Part shown: positions 1-10,374 of the stretch, piece by piece | Layout of the letters: each line of letters starts with the position of its first letter | Position numbering within the stretch: the first letter of the stretch is position 1 | From: Wallemia ichthyophaga EXF-994 | Lineage: Eukaryota > Fungi > Basidiomycota | Direction: 5' to 3' | Length of the DNA: 32,000 bases | NCBI RefSeq assembly: GCF_000400465.1 | Contig: NW_008806280.1 | Span: forward strand, 480,001-512,000 | Position numbers and translations under genes: made by a program | The notes under the pieces: generated by a model | What the model was told of the DNA's origin: nothing | Databases searched by the model: none | What the model saw: only the letters and a program-made list of their open reading frames with translations

Positions 1-833
1 GTGTGCGAGGGTGGTGCACATGGCATGCCATTCCGCACGCTCTCTTTGTACGATGGGGAGTCGATGAGAAGTGAGCAAGTCTTGGGAGTGGAAGTGTTGT
101 CTTGATTTGTACTATCTTCCTCGTGAGTAAAAAACAGTTGCCAAGGCTGCTCTATCTCGTCTTGATCGATATGTCTCATATCATTACCGCGTAAAATAGC
201 CATTGAATCTGAAAAAGGGTTGGATAATGTGGTCGTTGGGAATGGTGTCGGTGAATGTGTAGGGGAAACGGATCTAATCACAGCGTTGCTGTCCAATTTG
301 CGCTTTTTGTGGGGACGTTTGTGGATGGGTTGAGAGGGAGTGAGTGATCTGCCAGCGCCAACATCGTCATCCTGCAATAAAGAGTTTGGAGAATCAGGAA
401 TAAACTCTAATAACTGAGAAGACTTAGTTTCCAAGTGAATAGCATGTGATCTGAGTGGGTGATTTGGATCAGTATTGTACACTAAGCAATTAGTCCATAT
501 CAAGTCCAAATCTGATTTGAATTGTTGCTTGTGTTTATATTGGCGCTGCTTAATCTTCTTGGTTATAGTGGACAGGTCCATTGGGTGGGTAATAACCAAA
601 TGATAGTCAGGCGCTTCAAATTTCCTAACAGGTTTTCTAAAGGCGAAAGAAGAGGAAGATGATTTGAGCTGGTCGATAACCTTATCAAGCAATTCAAACC
701 ACTCGTTGTTTATAGATGGCTGCTGGCTTGTCGTTGCATTCGACAGCTGCCGTATTTTACTAATAAGTGACTTATAATCCACGCCAATTTCAAATAAACT
801 CAATTCCTTATTCAAATATTTCGTTGAAGACAT
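1..833 (-). CDS. SPT7: SAGA subunit Spt7-like bromodomain protein, N-terminal part (runs off window start)
   Basis: Not in the ORF track because it has no stop in the window. Manual translation from ATG 833 is open to base 1: MSSTKYLNKE...FRKPVRKFEAPDYHLVITHPMDLSTITKKIKQRQYKHKQQFKSDLDLIWTNCLVYNTDPNHPLRSHA...LLEFIPD. This is an N-terminal bromodomain with the NHPLR signature typical of fungal Spt7. Confidence 0.85.
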   Translation of the reverse strand, partial: MSSTKYLNKELSLFEIGVDYKSLISKIRQLSNATTSQQPSINNEWFELLDKVIDQLKSSSSSFAFRKPVRKFEAPDYHLVITHPMDLSTITKKIKQRQYKHKQQFKSDLDLIWTNCLVYNTDPNHPLRSHAIHLETKSSQLLEFIPDSPNSLLQDDDVGAGRSLTPSQPIHKRPHKKRKLDSNAVIRSVSPTHSPTPFPTTTLSNPFSDSMAILRGNDMRHIDQDEIEQPWQLFFTHEEDSTNQDNTSTPKTCSLLIDSPSYKESVRNGMPCAPPSH

Positions 834-859
834 GGTGATGGTTACGCCCAACATCCATC

Positions 860-1489
860 ATGGCCATCTCCAAAATAAAGGCAGCGATCAGATCTCACCA
901 CAGGCGCTTAGATAAGGGCGTTGATGAGGAGACCAAGCAGTCCATCTCCAGGAAACTCGATGGCCTCAATTACGAGCTCAATAAGGTCAAAGAAGATGAG
1001 CTCTCAAGGAAAATGAGCTCGAGATATCACAAGATTAAATTTATCGAGAAGAGGAAATTGTTTAGATTGATTAATTCTATTAAAAATAATAAAATTAATA
1101 AGAATGACACTCACCCGGATTCGAAGCGAGCTCTATTCAAATACAGGCAGCAACTCAACTACATAATAAACTACCCAACGAATATCAAGTATATTTCTGT
1201 CCTTCACTCACCCTCCAACTCGGCAGACACAAAATCCAGACAAGAAAAACTTGATGACGTTGAGTCAAAGATGAATGCAGGCGATATCAGCAGTACTCCA
1301 GAGCTAATTGTGTTTAAGAGTCTTCAATCTGACAATGTCAACGAGGTAGAGGGGAGTAAGGGGAGTAAGCAGAAGCCCCAGACGCAGGAATCCCAGAAAT
1401 CCCATAAATCCCAAAAATCCCACCACCATCAGCCATCAGAAGATTCAGATGACCAAGCCAATCTCTCCGCTGACGATTTTTTCGAATAG
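860..1489 (+). CDS. EFG1: rRNA-processing protein Efg1 (209 aa, intronless)
   Basis: SKIKAAIRSHHRRL...KMSSRYHKIKFIEKRKLFR...QLNYIINYPTNIKYISV matches Efg1 family motifs (KxxRYHKxKFxERxK; LNYxxxYPxxxKYISL). Acidic tail ends DDFFE. Confidence 0.9.
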   Translation: MAISKIKAAIRSHHRRLDKGVDEETKQSISRKLDGLNYELNKVKEDELSRKMSSRYHKIKFIEKRKLFRLINSIKNNKINKNDTHPDSKRALFKYRQQLNYIINYPTNIKYISVLHSPSNSADTKSRQEKLDDVESKMNAGDISSTPELIVFKSLQSDNVNEVEGSKGSKQKPQTQESQKSHKSQKSHHHQPSEDSDDQANLSADDFFE

Positions 1490-1543
1490 ACCACTTGAAT
1501 GTAATTTTATATTTATTTACCGTAGAAAGTGAGACACTTGACA

Positions 1544-2758
1544 TCACACCACATCCCCCTCGCTTTCGCTCTCGCTGTCAAAGTGCAGCTGCAGGCCTTG
1601 TGTGTTTCTCTTGGCGAACGTGTATCCATCGCCGCATGGCGGGTGGGGGATAGGCAGGAGGAGTACAGTCCAGTGTCTACGAGAGGCTGTCAGAGAAGGG
1701 GAGAAGAGCGCCACATACCCACCTGCGACCGCCACCAATGTTGAAAAAGAGCGACAAGTTCTTCGCCCACCCGAAGTCGTAGGGGTTGATAGCAGTGTAA
1801 GCAGGCTGAAGCTGGGTAGTGAGAGAATGTGTGAGTATGAGTGTGCACCATATCTCAAATAAGCAACTCACGCCATTTCTTCGATCCCGCCTCACAGCTT
1901 TTCTGTACGCTCTATGATCCTCGTACTCGACACTAGTGAGGCCTTGAAACACGAGCGAGAGCTGCCACGCAGCCATTACACCGACAACGCTTCCAATAAG
2001 TAGGGCGAGAAGCCAAGTCAGCACTGCAAAGAAGGGCGGCGAGTAGTAGCGCTGTGTCCATTCATCACTACCTCGATTAGGCAACACCTCATCGAACACT
2101 GCGCCATAGCCCATCACCCCCACTATCAGACACGCTGCAGAGAGGTATAACCTGTATGATTATGTGCGCGTGTGCGCGTGTTAGTTATCACCTATATACG
2201 CCATGTACACCACTCGACAAAGCAAAACCCACATAAAGAGCACGAAATAACGCTCATTGCCAAGCCCGACACACTGGTTGATCCACGGACAGTGGTGATC
2301 GTATTTGAGTATACAGCGGCTGCAGACGCGGCAATGGTGGGCGCGTTCCGGCTTCACGGCTGAGCATTTGGAGCATTTTGTGTGCGATCTGTGTGCGGTG
2401 TCTGCAGCCACTTCATCTTCACCCACGCTCACCAAGCCCGGTGACACAGTAACAGCCTTGTAGTAGTTGAAGAAGATCACAGCGGCATGCCAGGTGCAGT
2501 ACACGGCAGCCAGACGACGCGTGAGCGGAGTTGAGTGAGCGAGAGCGTGTGGAAAAATAACTTCAACTGCGTTTGCGGGATAGTGTGAGCGGTGTGATAC
2601 GCACACTTAGCACTGCACCCACAGAAAGAGAATGTACACGGTATGAGCAGTGCTACGGCGAAAGTGACAAATAGCACACCCGTTCTCCCCACAATCCTGT
2701 CCGATAGATCCTCGCAGTGCCGTAAAACTTTGTGGATCCGCCGCGCGTGTTTTTCCAT
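1544..2758 (-). CDS. DHHC palmitoyltransferase (about 323 aa, 5 exons: 2758-2623, 2566-2233, 2151-1872, 1811-1723, 1676-1544)
   Basis: Cys-rich domain [44 protein letters not shown], four hydrophobic segments, LTSVE (TTxE-like) and [11 protein letters not shown] motifs. Canonical GT-AG introns join the exons in frame. Confidence 0.92.
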
Positions 2759-2810
2759 CGAAATGGTGGTGATCGTCGGTTATCAACCGCCATTTCGGAT
2801 AATTTTGGAG

Positions 2811-3284
2811 ATGGTCTCAAACAGGGGAGATAGGAATACTTCCGATGTAATCCACAGACAGCCGCTGCATGACAAGAATGCGGGAAATAGGGGAGTTGGG
2901 AGTGAGGAGAGCGGGGAATGCGCTGATAAGACGCCCCCAACGCTCGCAACACGCCAGACGAAGAAGCCATCCGCTAAGAAAACACAGAAACATCACGCAT
3001 CACTCACCAAAGAGAATCTCAAACGGCACACACGATCGATGAGCACGAGTGGGAGTGCTTGGGGTTCGGGGAGTGTATACGGCAACAACGTAACCAAAGT
3101 AACAGCCGCAGCTACGCACTTGTCAGAAGTTTCGCCCGCGCCATCGCCACCGCACAAAACAAAGCGCAAGATGAGAGACAGGGACAGGTACACGGCCCAA
3201 CTTACCCCGCGCAAGCTCAAGCGTATACGTGAGTTTAAAGAGATCGACGAATGGCAGCTGAGTGAGGAATTGGTGTTGTTTTGA
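2811..3284 (+). CDS. Sororin-like (CDCA5/Sor1-type) protein, 157 aa
   Basis: Start chosen at ATG 2811, because the ORF-track start at 2643 overlaps the DHHC gene. Low-complexity basic protein with an RxxL D-box-like motif (RQPL, 2856-2867), a KEN box (3009-3017), S/T-P sites including TPRK, and C-terminal RIREFKEIDEWQLSEELVLF*, which is in register with the sororin C-terminal motif. Confidence 0.65.
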   Translation: MVSNRGDRNTSDVIHRQPLHDKNAGNRGVGSEESGECADKTPPTLATRQTKKPSAKKTQKHHASLTKENLKRHTRSMSTSGSAWGSGSVYGNNVTKVTAAATHLSEVSPAPSPPHKTKRKMRDRDRYTAQLTPRKLKRIREFKEIDEWQLSEELVLF

Positions 3285-3318
3285 GGAAAAGTTATAAATA
3301 TATGCAGTATCCAGAGCA

Positions 3319-3340
3319 TGTGTGTGTGTGTGTGTGTGTG
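3319..3340. repeat. (TG)11 microsatellite
   Basis: Direct reading; abuts the 34-bp array. Confidence 0.97.
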
Positions 3341-4122
3341 TCTATCTATACCTATTTCTGTGTCTGTGTCTGTGTCTATCTATACCTATTTCTGTGTCTG
3401 TGTCTGTGTCTATCTATACCTATTTCTGTGTCTGTGTCTGTGTCTATCTATACCTATTTCTGTGTCTGTGTCTGTGTCTATCTATACCTATTTCTGTGTC
3501 TGTGTCTGTGTCTATCTATACCTATTTCTGTGTCTGTGTCTGTGTCTATCTATACCTATTTCTGTGTCTGTGTCTGTGTCTATCTATACCTATTTCTGTG
3601 TCTGTGTCTGTGTCTATCTATACCTATTTCTGTGTCTGTGTCTGTGTCTATCTATACCTATTTCTGTGTCTGTGTCTGTGTCTATCTATACCTATTTCTG
3701 TGTCTGTGTCTGTGTCTATCTATACCTATTTCTGTGTCTGTGTCTGTGTCTATCTATACCTATTTCTGTGTCTGTGTCTGTGTCTATCTATACCTATTTC
3801 TGTGTCTGTGTCTGTGTCTATCTATACCTATTTCTGTGTCTGTGTCTGTGTCTATCTATACCTATTTCTGTGTCTGTGTCTGTGTCTATCTATACCTATT
3901 TCTGTGTCTGTGTCTGTGTCTATCTATACCTATTTCTGTGTCTGTGTCTGTGTCTATCTATACCTATTTCTGTGTCTGTGTCTGTGTCTATCTATACCTA
4001 TTTCTGTGTCTGTGTCTGTGTCTATCTATACCTATTTCTGTGTCTGTGTCTGTGTCTATCTATACCTATTTCTGTGTCTGTGTCTGTGTCTATCTATACC
4101 TATTTCTGTGTCTGTGTCTGTG
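3341..4122. repeat. Minisatellite: 23 tandem copies of TCTATCTATACCTATTTCTGTGTCTGTGTCTGTG (34 bp)
   Basis: Units start at 3341+34k (checked at 3375, 3409, 3511, 3681, 3851, 4021, 4089). No variant unit or spacer was seen. Confidence 0.97.
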
Positions 4123-4127
4123 CCTCT

Positions 4128-5714
4128 TTAGCCTCCTTCTTCCGCCGCCTTCCTCTCCTCTTCCTCCTTTACGAGCTGATTAACACTCTCCACTATACCT
4201 TGCTTACGCTGCTCGTTATTCGCATCCCACCACTTTCTCCCACCCTCATCTATCCAATTAGGGAGAGGAGCCTGAAAGCACCAATCGGGACTCGTGTAGC
4301 GTGTGGCATGAAGATAGATGAAAAGTTTCTCGCGCGGGGGGTCTGGAATGAGGGGGATGAAGCAAGTGGGGCAGTATCCGCCGAGGCCTTGCGTGACGCT
4401 GTTGAGGTTATGAGCGTCAGTGTTTGTATCATTGTGGCCATGTTGTTGTTGTTGTTGATCTTCCTTTATTTGATTCTGCTTCTGCTTCTCCTGCTCGTCG
4501 CTCCCAAAACCCAGCGCATCTCTCCACCTCGCCCAGCCGTCGCTTTCGTCTTTCTGCGCGCGTAGACGTCGTATCACCTCCTTGTACTCCTCGTGTAGCT
4601 CGACTGGGCTGTTGAACCCGATATCGTCGTCGCTGCGAATGAAATGTTTGGCGTTATCGCCGAGGTGTTTCTCGAGTATTTCTACGTCCTTGGAATGACA
4701 TGTGTTTAATGGCTGTTCTTTGCGCTGCTCCTGATTCTGCCCCTGTTTATGTTCCTGCTCCTGATCGTGCTCCCTGTCCAATTCCAACAACTCACCGAGC
4801 ACGCGCTCGGTGGTATACGTCGGCCATCCCCCTTTCCCTCTTTTCACGCCCCACACCTCGTAGCTCGAGTAGAGAGGATCGTTAGCGATCGGATAGCCTA
4901 GGTACTGAAGATGAACGCGAATCTGGTGAGTGCGACCAGTGAGAGGTTGGCAATAAACGATGCTAGTATCAGTGACAGAATCATACGACATACGTTCGAA
5001 CATTGTTTTGGCCTGCTTGCCGTGTTCGTGGCGAATAACGAGTCCCATCTGTCTATCGACGGTAATGATAGGCTCGTCGACAGTCTCGCGGTCTGGGAAT
5101 CGACCCAGGACGCGTGCAATGTACTCTTTCTTTATTACGCCGCGCATAAACGCTGCACCGAGTTGCTGACCTGCGCTCTTGCGCGTGCCTATCACCATCA
5201 CACCGCTAGTCAGCCTGTCGAGACGATTACAGCAGTAGAGGCTGTTCATTTTGTATTCGTCCTGGAGGATCTCCAGCAGCGTGTTCTTCCTGTACCGCCC
5301 AGCAGCGTGCACAGGCATAGAGCCAGGTTTGGACACAACGAGCCAGCCACGCTCTTTGTTTTCGTAGATTATAACAGGCAGCTCAGCTACAACTGGTGGT
5401 TCATGCGCATGCACTCGGTTCTGGATGAGGTCGCCATTGCGCACTACAGAATCGAGCGTTGCGGGCTGGCTGTTGATAGTAGCTATGCCCGTCTGGATGG
5501 CCCACTCGTAATAAGACTTGGACCGGTCGCGGAACTCCGTCGTACACACTTCCACTAACCTCCGCCCAAACCACCGTTGCTTGGCGTATGTCTGGTAGAC
5601 GTAGTAGTACGGCTGTACACTGCGTAGACCTTCCTTGTACACTATGCGGGGAGGATCCGCCGCGAAAATATCCTTTACATCCACTTTCTGCGTCTGTGGC
5701 ATCCTTCTTCTCAT
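4128..5714 (-). CDS. RluA-family pseudouridine synthase (Rib2/Pus9-like, probably tRNA Psi32), intronless
   Basis: GLRSVQPYYYVYQTYAKQRW, S4-like domain, KPGSMPVH, catalytic NRLDRLTSG, KEYIARV, PLTGRTHQIRVHLQYLGYPIANDPLY. Start is 5714 or 5702. No C-terminal deaminase domain. Confidence 0.92.
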   Translation of the reverse strand: MRRRMPQTQKVDVKDIFAADPPRIVYKEGLRSVQPYYYVYQTYAKQRWFGRRLVEVCTTEFRDRSKSYYEWAIQTGIATINSQPATLDSVVRNGDLIQNRVHAHEPPVVAELPVIIYENKERGWLVVSKPGSMPVHAAGRYRKNTLLEILQDEYKMNSLYCCNRLDRLTSGVMVIGTRKSAGQQLGAAFMRGVIKKEYIARVLGRFPDRETVDEPIITVDRQMGLVIRHEHGKQAKTMFERMSYDSVTDTSIVYCQPLTGRTHQIRVHLQYLGYPIANDPLYSSYEVWGVKRGKGGWPTYTTERVLGELLELDREHDQEQEHKQGQNQEQRKEQPLNTCHSKDVEILEKHLGDNAKHFIRSDDDIGFNSPVELHEEYKEVIRRLRAQKDESDGWARWRDALGFGSDEQEKQKQNQIKEDQQQQQHGHNDTNTDAHNLNSVTQGLGGYCPTCFIPLIPDPPREKLFIYLHATRYTSPDWCFQAPLPNWIDEGGRKWWDANNEQRKQGIVESVNQLVKEEEERKAAEEGG

Positions 5715-5750
5715 ATACCGATGGGCGTCGCAGAGCAAGAGAGGGCAGAC

Positions 5751-6441
5751 ATGGAAATGGAAGACAGCCCAAGCGACTCGGAGTTGCTGGAGGGATTGGA
5801 AGACGATGATTACAGGGAACAGCGTATACGTGAAATACAATCAGACATCACTCGCCGCCAGATAAACGCAGAGTTCGTTAGTCGAGGCGGATACAGGGAG
5901 TATACATCCGAGAAGGAAGTGATGGACGTTGGGCTGAAAGAGGCCAAGGCTGTGGTGCATTTCTTTCATCCACGGTTTAAGCGGTGCGAGATAATGGATA
6001 CCCACTTGGAGGTGAGCGTTGAGCTCATAAATCACTCAAATCACTCACCCACCACCCCAGCTCATTGCTCACCAACATCTAGGCACCAAGTTCCTCAAAG
6101 TACACGTCGAGAATGTGCCTTTCTTGGTAGAGAAGTTGAGAATAAAGGTGCTGCCATGTGTGATTACGTTTAGACAGGGCGTGGCAAGAGATAGGTGTGT
6201 GTGGCGTGTGCATGTACACCCTCTAACCCACCATACAGACTCGTGGGCTTCGAAGACCTCGGAAAATCTGATGAGTTTACGACGAAAATGCTTGAAAATC
6301 GTTTGTTTGAAATGGGTGAGTTGGGAGTTAGTCTATTTCTTTGCTGATAGGTGTACAACAGGTGCAATTACTAGCTTTGATCAAGATAAAGATGCTAATC
6401 ACGGTAATCACTCATCAGACACAAGTGACTACGATGATTAG
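5751..6441 (+). CDS. PLP1: Phosducin-like thioredoxin-domain protein (Plp1/TXNDC9-like, about 183 aa; exons 5751-6011, 6061-6194, 6239-6315, 6362-6441)
   Basis: YREQRIREI, VVHFFHPRFKRCEIMDTHLE|LIAHQHLGTKFLKVHVENVPFLVEKLRIKVLPCV, R|LVGFEDLG. Three GT-AG introns of 44-49 nt. Confidence 0.88.
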
Positions 6442-6450
6442 AAAATTAAC

Positions 6451-7077
6451 TCAGTATATCTCATCAAAGGGTCTTGTATCGTTGAAGCAGCTGCTGAAAA
6501 CTTGGTCAACAACCAATTCAGCCTGTTGAGTAGATTTGCAGTTAAAATTTGCAGCGACTGATAAAATTGCCCTTCTTCTAACGCATTCTTGGTGATGCTT
6601 GTTAAAGCCCATGTTTCCCCTCTTGAGCTCTTTAAAGAATCTACAATCACCGCTAAGATTCGCGGCTCTTATCTCGGAACACGCGTGATGACGGAGGTTG
6701 TTCCAGTCGACATTAAATCTGTGGTGATCCCATGAGTGAAGTAATTCATGCGCCAGAGTATTCTCCATGTGCTCATAACTGAAAATTCTATTGCTGCATA
6801 ACAAAATGCCAGTATCGGGGGAAAAACCACCACCACGCTTAGAAGAACAGGGAAAGCAGTGAATGGAATTTGAATTAAAGTCAACGCCAATTTTACGCAG
6901 ATGATCGACCAAGAATATAATAACTGGAGATGATTGCAACAGAGATCTCTTATACTTGTCGCATCTTTCAAAATCCTTAAGTTGAATCCAAGCAGCGTAA
7001 TCATCTTCAGACAATCCCAAACCAGAAAATAATTTAAAATTGTTTATCCATTTTTTATGGAAATTGGTTTCACTCAT
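6451..7077 (-). CDS. ATP23: Mitochondrial inner-membrane metalloprotease Atp23
   Basis: GGGFSPDTGILLCSN, HELLH (HExxH), VDWNNLRHHACSEIRAANLSGDC, QECVRRRAILSV, CFNDTRPFDEIY*. Start taken at MSETNF (7077). Confidence 0.95.
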   Translation of the reverse strand: MSETNFHKKWINNFKLFSGLGLSEDDYAAWIQLKDFERCDKYKRSLLQSSPVIIFLVDHLRKIGVDFNSNSIHCFPCSSKRGGGFSPDTGILLCSNRIFSYEHMENTLAHELLHSWDHHRFNVDWNNLRHHACSEIRAANLSGDCRFFKELKRGNMGFNKHHQECVRRRAILSVAANFNCKSTQQAELVVDQVFSSCFNDTRPFDEIY

Positions 7078-7143
7078 TGAAATTGAAATCAACGCACAGA
7101 CACGGTTATATCTCTTTCTTGGTTGGCAACGGCGAAGAGGGAG

Positions 7144-10100
7144 ATGACAGGGAATTCCTTGAATAATAATTTAAATAATTCTAATCTAATGAATGGCCTA
7201 TTCGACGCTCCCAGGAAGCTAAAAGGTCTTTCAATATCTCAAGTTGTCCCAGAAGATGCAGATGACGCAGGAGAATACGCACCGCAATGGCTTAGGAACG
7301 TTAAGGGCACCAGGCTACACCCAGAAAAGCTATCTTTGGTGGCAAATGTACTTGGATACAATCACAACCACTCACCATCACCAGTTACATTCAATTCTGG
7401 TTACTTACTCACTGTTATTCCTCCCAAATCGCTTAAATCCAAGTCTAATAACAGCAAACAGTTCAGTAGAGGCATTCTTATACCATTACAACCCTCTTTA
7501 CCCGCAATGAGAGCTGCTATTGCCAGAGAATTCAATCTACCTTCTTCGGGTGGTTTGGTTGTCTATTTAGTGGAGAATATGTCTCAGGACTCTGAAGACC
7601 CTGATAACTACATCGATTACCCAGGACCTCTTATAAACGACGAGTCCTGGAATCTTCTCTGGAAATCTCACCTTCGTTCTCCCTTTTTCTCGGAAAGAAT
7701 GCCCGATAAAATACCAAACGATCACCCTAGAGCGACACCCTCACTCAAAATACCTTCCACTCATCAATCCATTGCAGGCAAAATTGAATTTGATTTCGAC
7801 ACGGATTCAAAAGCCGGTAACTGGTATAGGTCTTGGCATTACCCTAATCTTCAGATTCCACTAGCTGACGGTAAGCGAAAGTTTAAGCTGCGCTCGGATA
7901 GTAAAAGCGTCCGAGGTACACATAACACACATGACACTCAAGGTACACGTGAAACACGTGACACCCAGAAAATAACGCAAGAAATCTTCCTTGACAATAA
8001 GGACACAGCACAAGAAATCTCATTTAACACCCAAGACAGCTCTCAAGTTCCTACTCCTGCTGCTCCCTCTAACCCAACCCTCGATACCAATACCAACGAC
8101 AAGAACGAATCACCACGATCTACTTCTTCACTACCTTACCGTACATTCGAGTTGGAAACACTGCACTCTTTACTGAATCCACACTCCGGAGACAGTTCCC
8201 CAACTCAGTCCATCTCTCAACAAACCAATTACGACCAAAATCCAGATGAAAACCAAGACAAAAACCAGAACAGGGGATCTGTTCACGTTATGCAGGACAC
8301 ACTCGACGAGCTCGAAAAAGCACTTACTGAGCTCAGTCCAAAACCTATCAATCTCCAGGAGGATTTTGGGCAGCGCCGTGATGCTGTACAGAAAGCCGCT
8401 CGTACTCTATCAAAGATTGGCAACAGGGACGGTTTCCATATGCCACGCAAAGATGATGGTACTTTGAAATCGTTTGAGGAAATTTCAGACGAGAATGAGA
8501 TCAATGAGAAGGTGAAAGAGAAAGAGGAAGAGAATTGCAGTGGGTGAAGAATTTGATGACTTCTAAGCTTACTAATCAGAAATATAGCTACGCAGCAAAC
8601 ACAGCACGGCACAATCAACGCACCAAAAAACACCACAGTCAATACCGTCGGATCACGCCAAGGCTATCGTAAGGATGACGAGCCTGTTGATCTCCCAAAA
8701 TCACCATCACGGTCGATGGAGTCGAGGAGTAACAGTCTGTCTAACTCGGATGACAGTAACCAAAACGACACTCTCACTGAAACTCCAGCAACAGAGACTG
8801 ATATGTCTAGATACACTCCACCACCCAAACCATCATTTAAACCACATCTCAGTATCGAAACTAATCCTCACCCTCAAGCTCACCCTCAACATCCCCTATT
8901 CAGCATAACTCCTTCCTCACCCTGGAGTACTGGACCAAAAACAGCACCACCAAATTCAACCAACATATCACCGCCACGGTCTGGATTCAATCTGCCAAAA
9001 ACTCCAACAAGCGCTGATGAGAATCGATCAACCAAGACCTCACTTACCTTTGGCGGTCGTCGCAAGGAGTCCATTCAGATGGACAAAGCAGACAAGGTAG
9101 AGAAGATGGAAAAAGTGGACAGAAAGAACAGCACAGAGTCCAAGAGATCCATCAGCTCAAAGGAGGCATTAGGATTGGATGGGTTAGGTATAAAGGGATT
9201 TAAATTCTGGTCATCGGCCAAAGGTAGCGCAGGCAACAATAGCAATAGCAGTACAAGCGCCAACCAAGCACCACCGGCGCCAAAACAGAGAGAGAGAGCA
9301 CCCAGCATAACAATGCCTATGGGAGTAGTCAAGACAGCTTCTGGGGGTCCAGGGAGGATAACGCAGACTTACTCACACCAGCCCGTCCCCGCCAATACGT
9401 CTATGTCTATGAGATCTATATCACCCACACTATCAAGTCAAGACCACGGCACCGACGCTACGACGTCGATGATTGACCATTTCCCAGACAGCCGATACCC
9501 CAAAGACATAGAACTGAGTGATGGGAAGCGTGAGTTTGAGTTGACTAGAGTAATTGCATTATGATGGCTAACAAGTAATTGAAAAGCAGATATGGTCCCG
9601 CTAAGACCACCGCCAGTGCGTCAAAATTACGTCGATGGTGCACAAACGGCGAGGACGCATTCGTGGAGCAGCTCAACGAAAGCTCGCGGATTTCGTGCCC
9701 GTAAGCAGTCGTTGGATAACGGTGTAGGGCCACCTACACTGCCAAACCAGCACTCCGTCGTGCACTCATACTCTTACTCTCACTCCACTCCCCTCCCGTC
9801 AACAGCGACTTTTGCACCGCCGGAACCTATACCGGAGAACCTGGAGGAAATTAAGAGAGATTCAGAGGCAGAAGCAGCCGAGGCTGCAGAAGAGGAAAAG
9901 ATAAATGAAATACTGGCCAAAGAACGCGAAAAGGATTTCGAGGCTAAGGTGGAGGCGTTCGAACAGGACCAGCTGGCTTCTCAAGCCAGAGCTAGAGCGC
10001 TCACTTATCAGGAAGAGACGAGAAAAGCTATCAAAAAAGAAGAAGAGCAGGAGCCCGAGTTAGTTTCCAAGAAAAAGGGCATGCCTGGATCGAGGTTTAG

Positions 10101-10167
10101 CCTCAGCCCTCCTCCATCCGCTTCGCGCAAATTGCCCAATGTGCCTGTCTTCTCTAGGAGGCGGTGA
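7144..10167 (+). CDS. Hypothetical protein, about 971 aa (exons 7144-8539, 8588-9529, 9590-10167), with an ordered N-terminal block and a long disordered remainder
   Basis: Three ORF-track segments join in frame via GTGGGT...CTAAT...TAG (48 nt) and GTGAGT...CAG (60 nt) introns. The block GILIPLQPSLPAMRAAIAREFNLPSSGGLVVYL...INDESWNLLW...IAGKIEFDFD...WYRSW resembles an uncharacterised basidiomycete family (from memory, not searched). Confidence 0.75.
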
Positions 10168-10365
10168 TATGGGTTCTTTTATTATATTTTAGTCGTCACA
10201 TTAATTCAGCAGCGCAGCGTTATAATAAGAGTTTGACTTGTTTCCTTTGCTTTTTTTTTTTTCTTCTATCATTCAACGGAAATATACTATAAGGATATTG
10301 TATACATGTATTTATATCTCGAATTTATAAGAATCATCATTGCCAACTTTGCGTCCGCATGTGTG

Positions 10366-10374
10366 ATCACGTGA
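10366..10374. promoter_or_regulatory. ATCACGTGA E-box (Cbf1/CDEI-type bHLH consensus) about 140 nt upstream of the GPI-protein ATG
   Basis: Palindromic TCACGTGA in an AT-rich intergenic region. Single site, function unproven. Confidence 0.3.

Noticed and set aside
2643-2810. N-terminal extension of the sororin-like ORF
   Set aside because: It overlaps DHHC exon 1 on the opposite strand. ATG 2811 gives a coherent protein; 2763 is possible but lies only 4 nt from the DHHC ATG.
3341-4122. CRISPR array or telomere seed
   Set aside because: The units are directly adjacent with no unique spacers, no cas genes are present, the context is eukaryotic, and there is no TTAGGG-like G-rich unit. Ordinary genes continue on both sides.
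3281-4565. Three long Cys/Val/Leu-rich ORFs (269-415 aa) across the repeat
   Set aside because: These are artefacts of a stop-free 34-bp unit. The period is not a multiple of 3, so all frames cycle through the same peptide.
4911-5558. 215-aa plus-strand ORF and similar overlapping ORFs throughout the window
   Set aside because: These are antisense shadows of well-supported genes, with no recognisable motifs.
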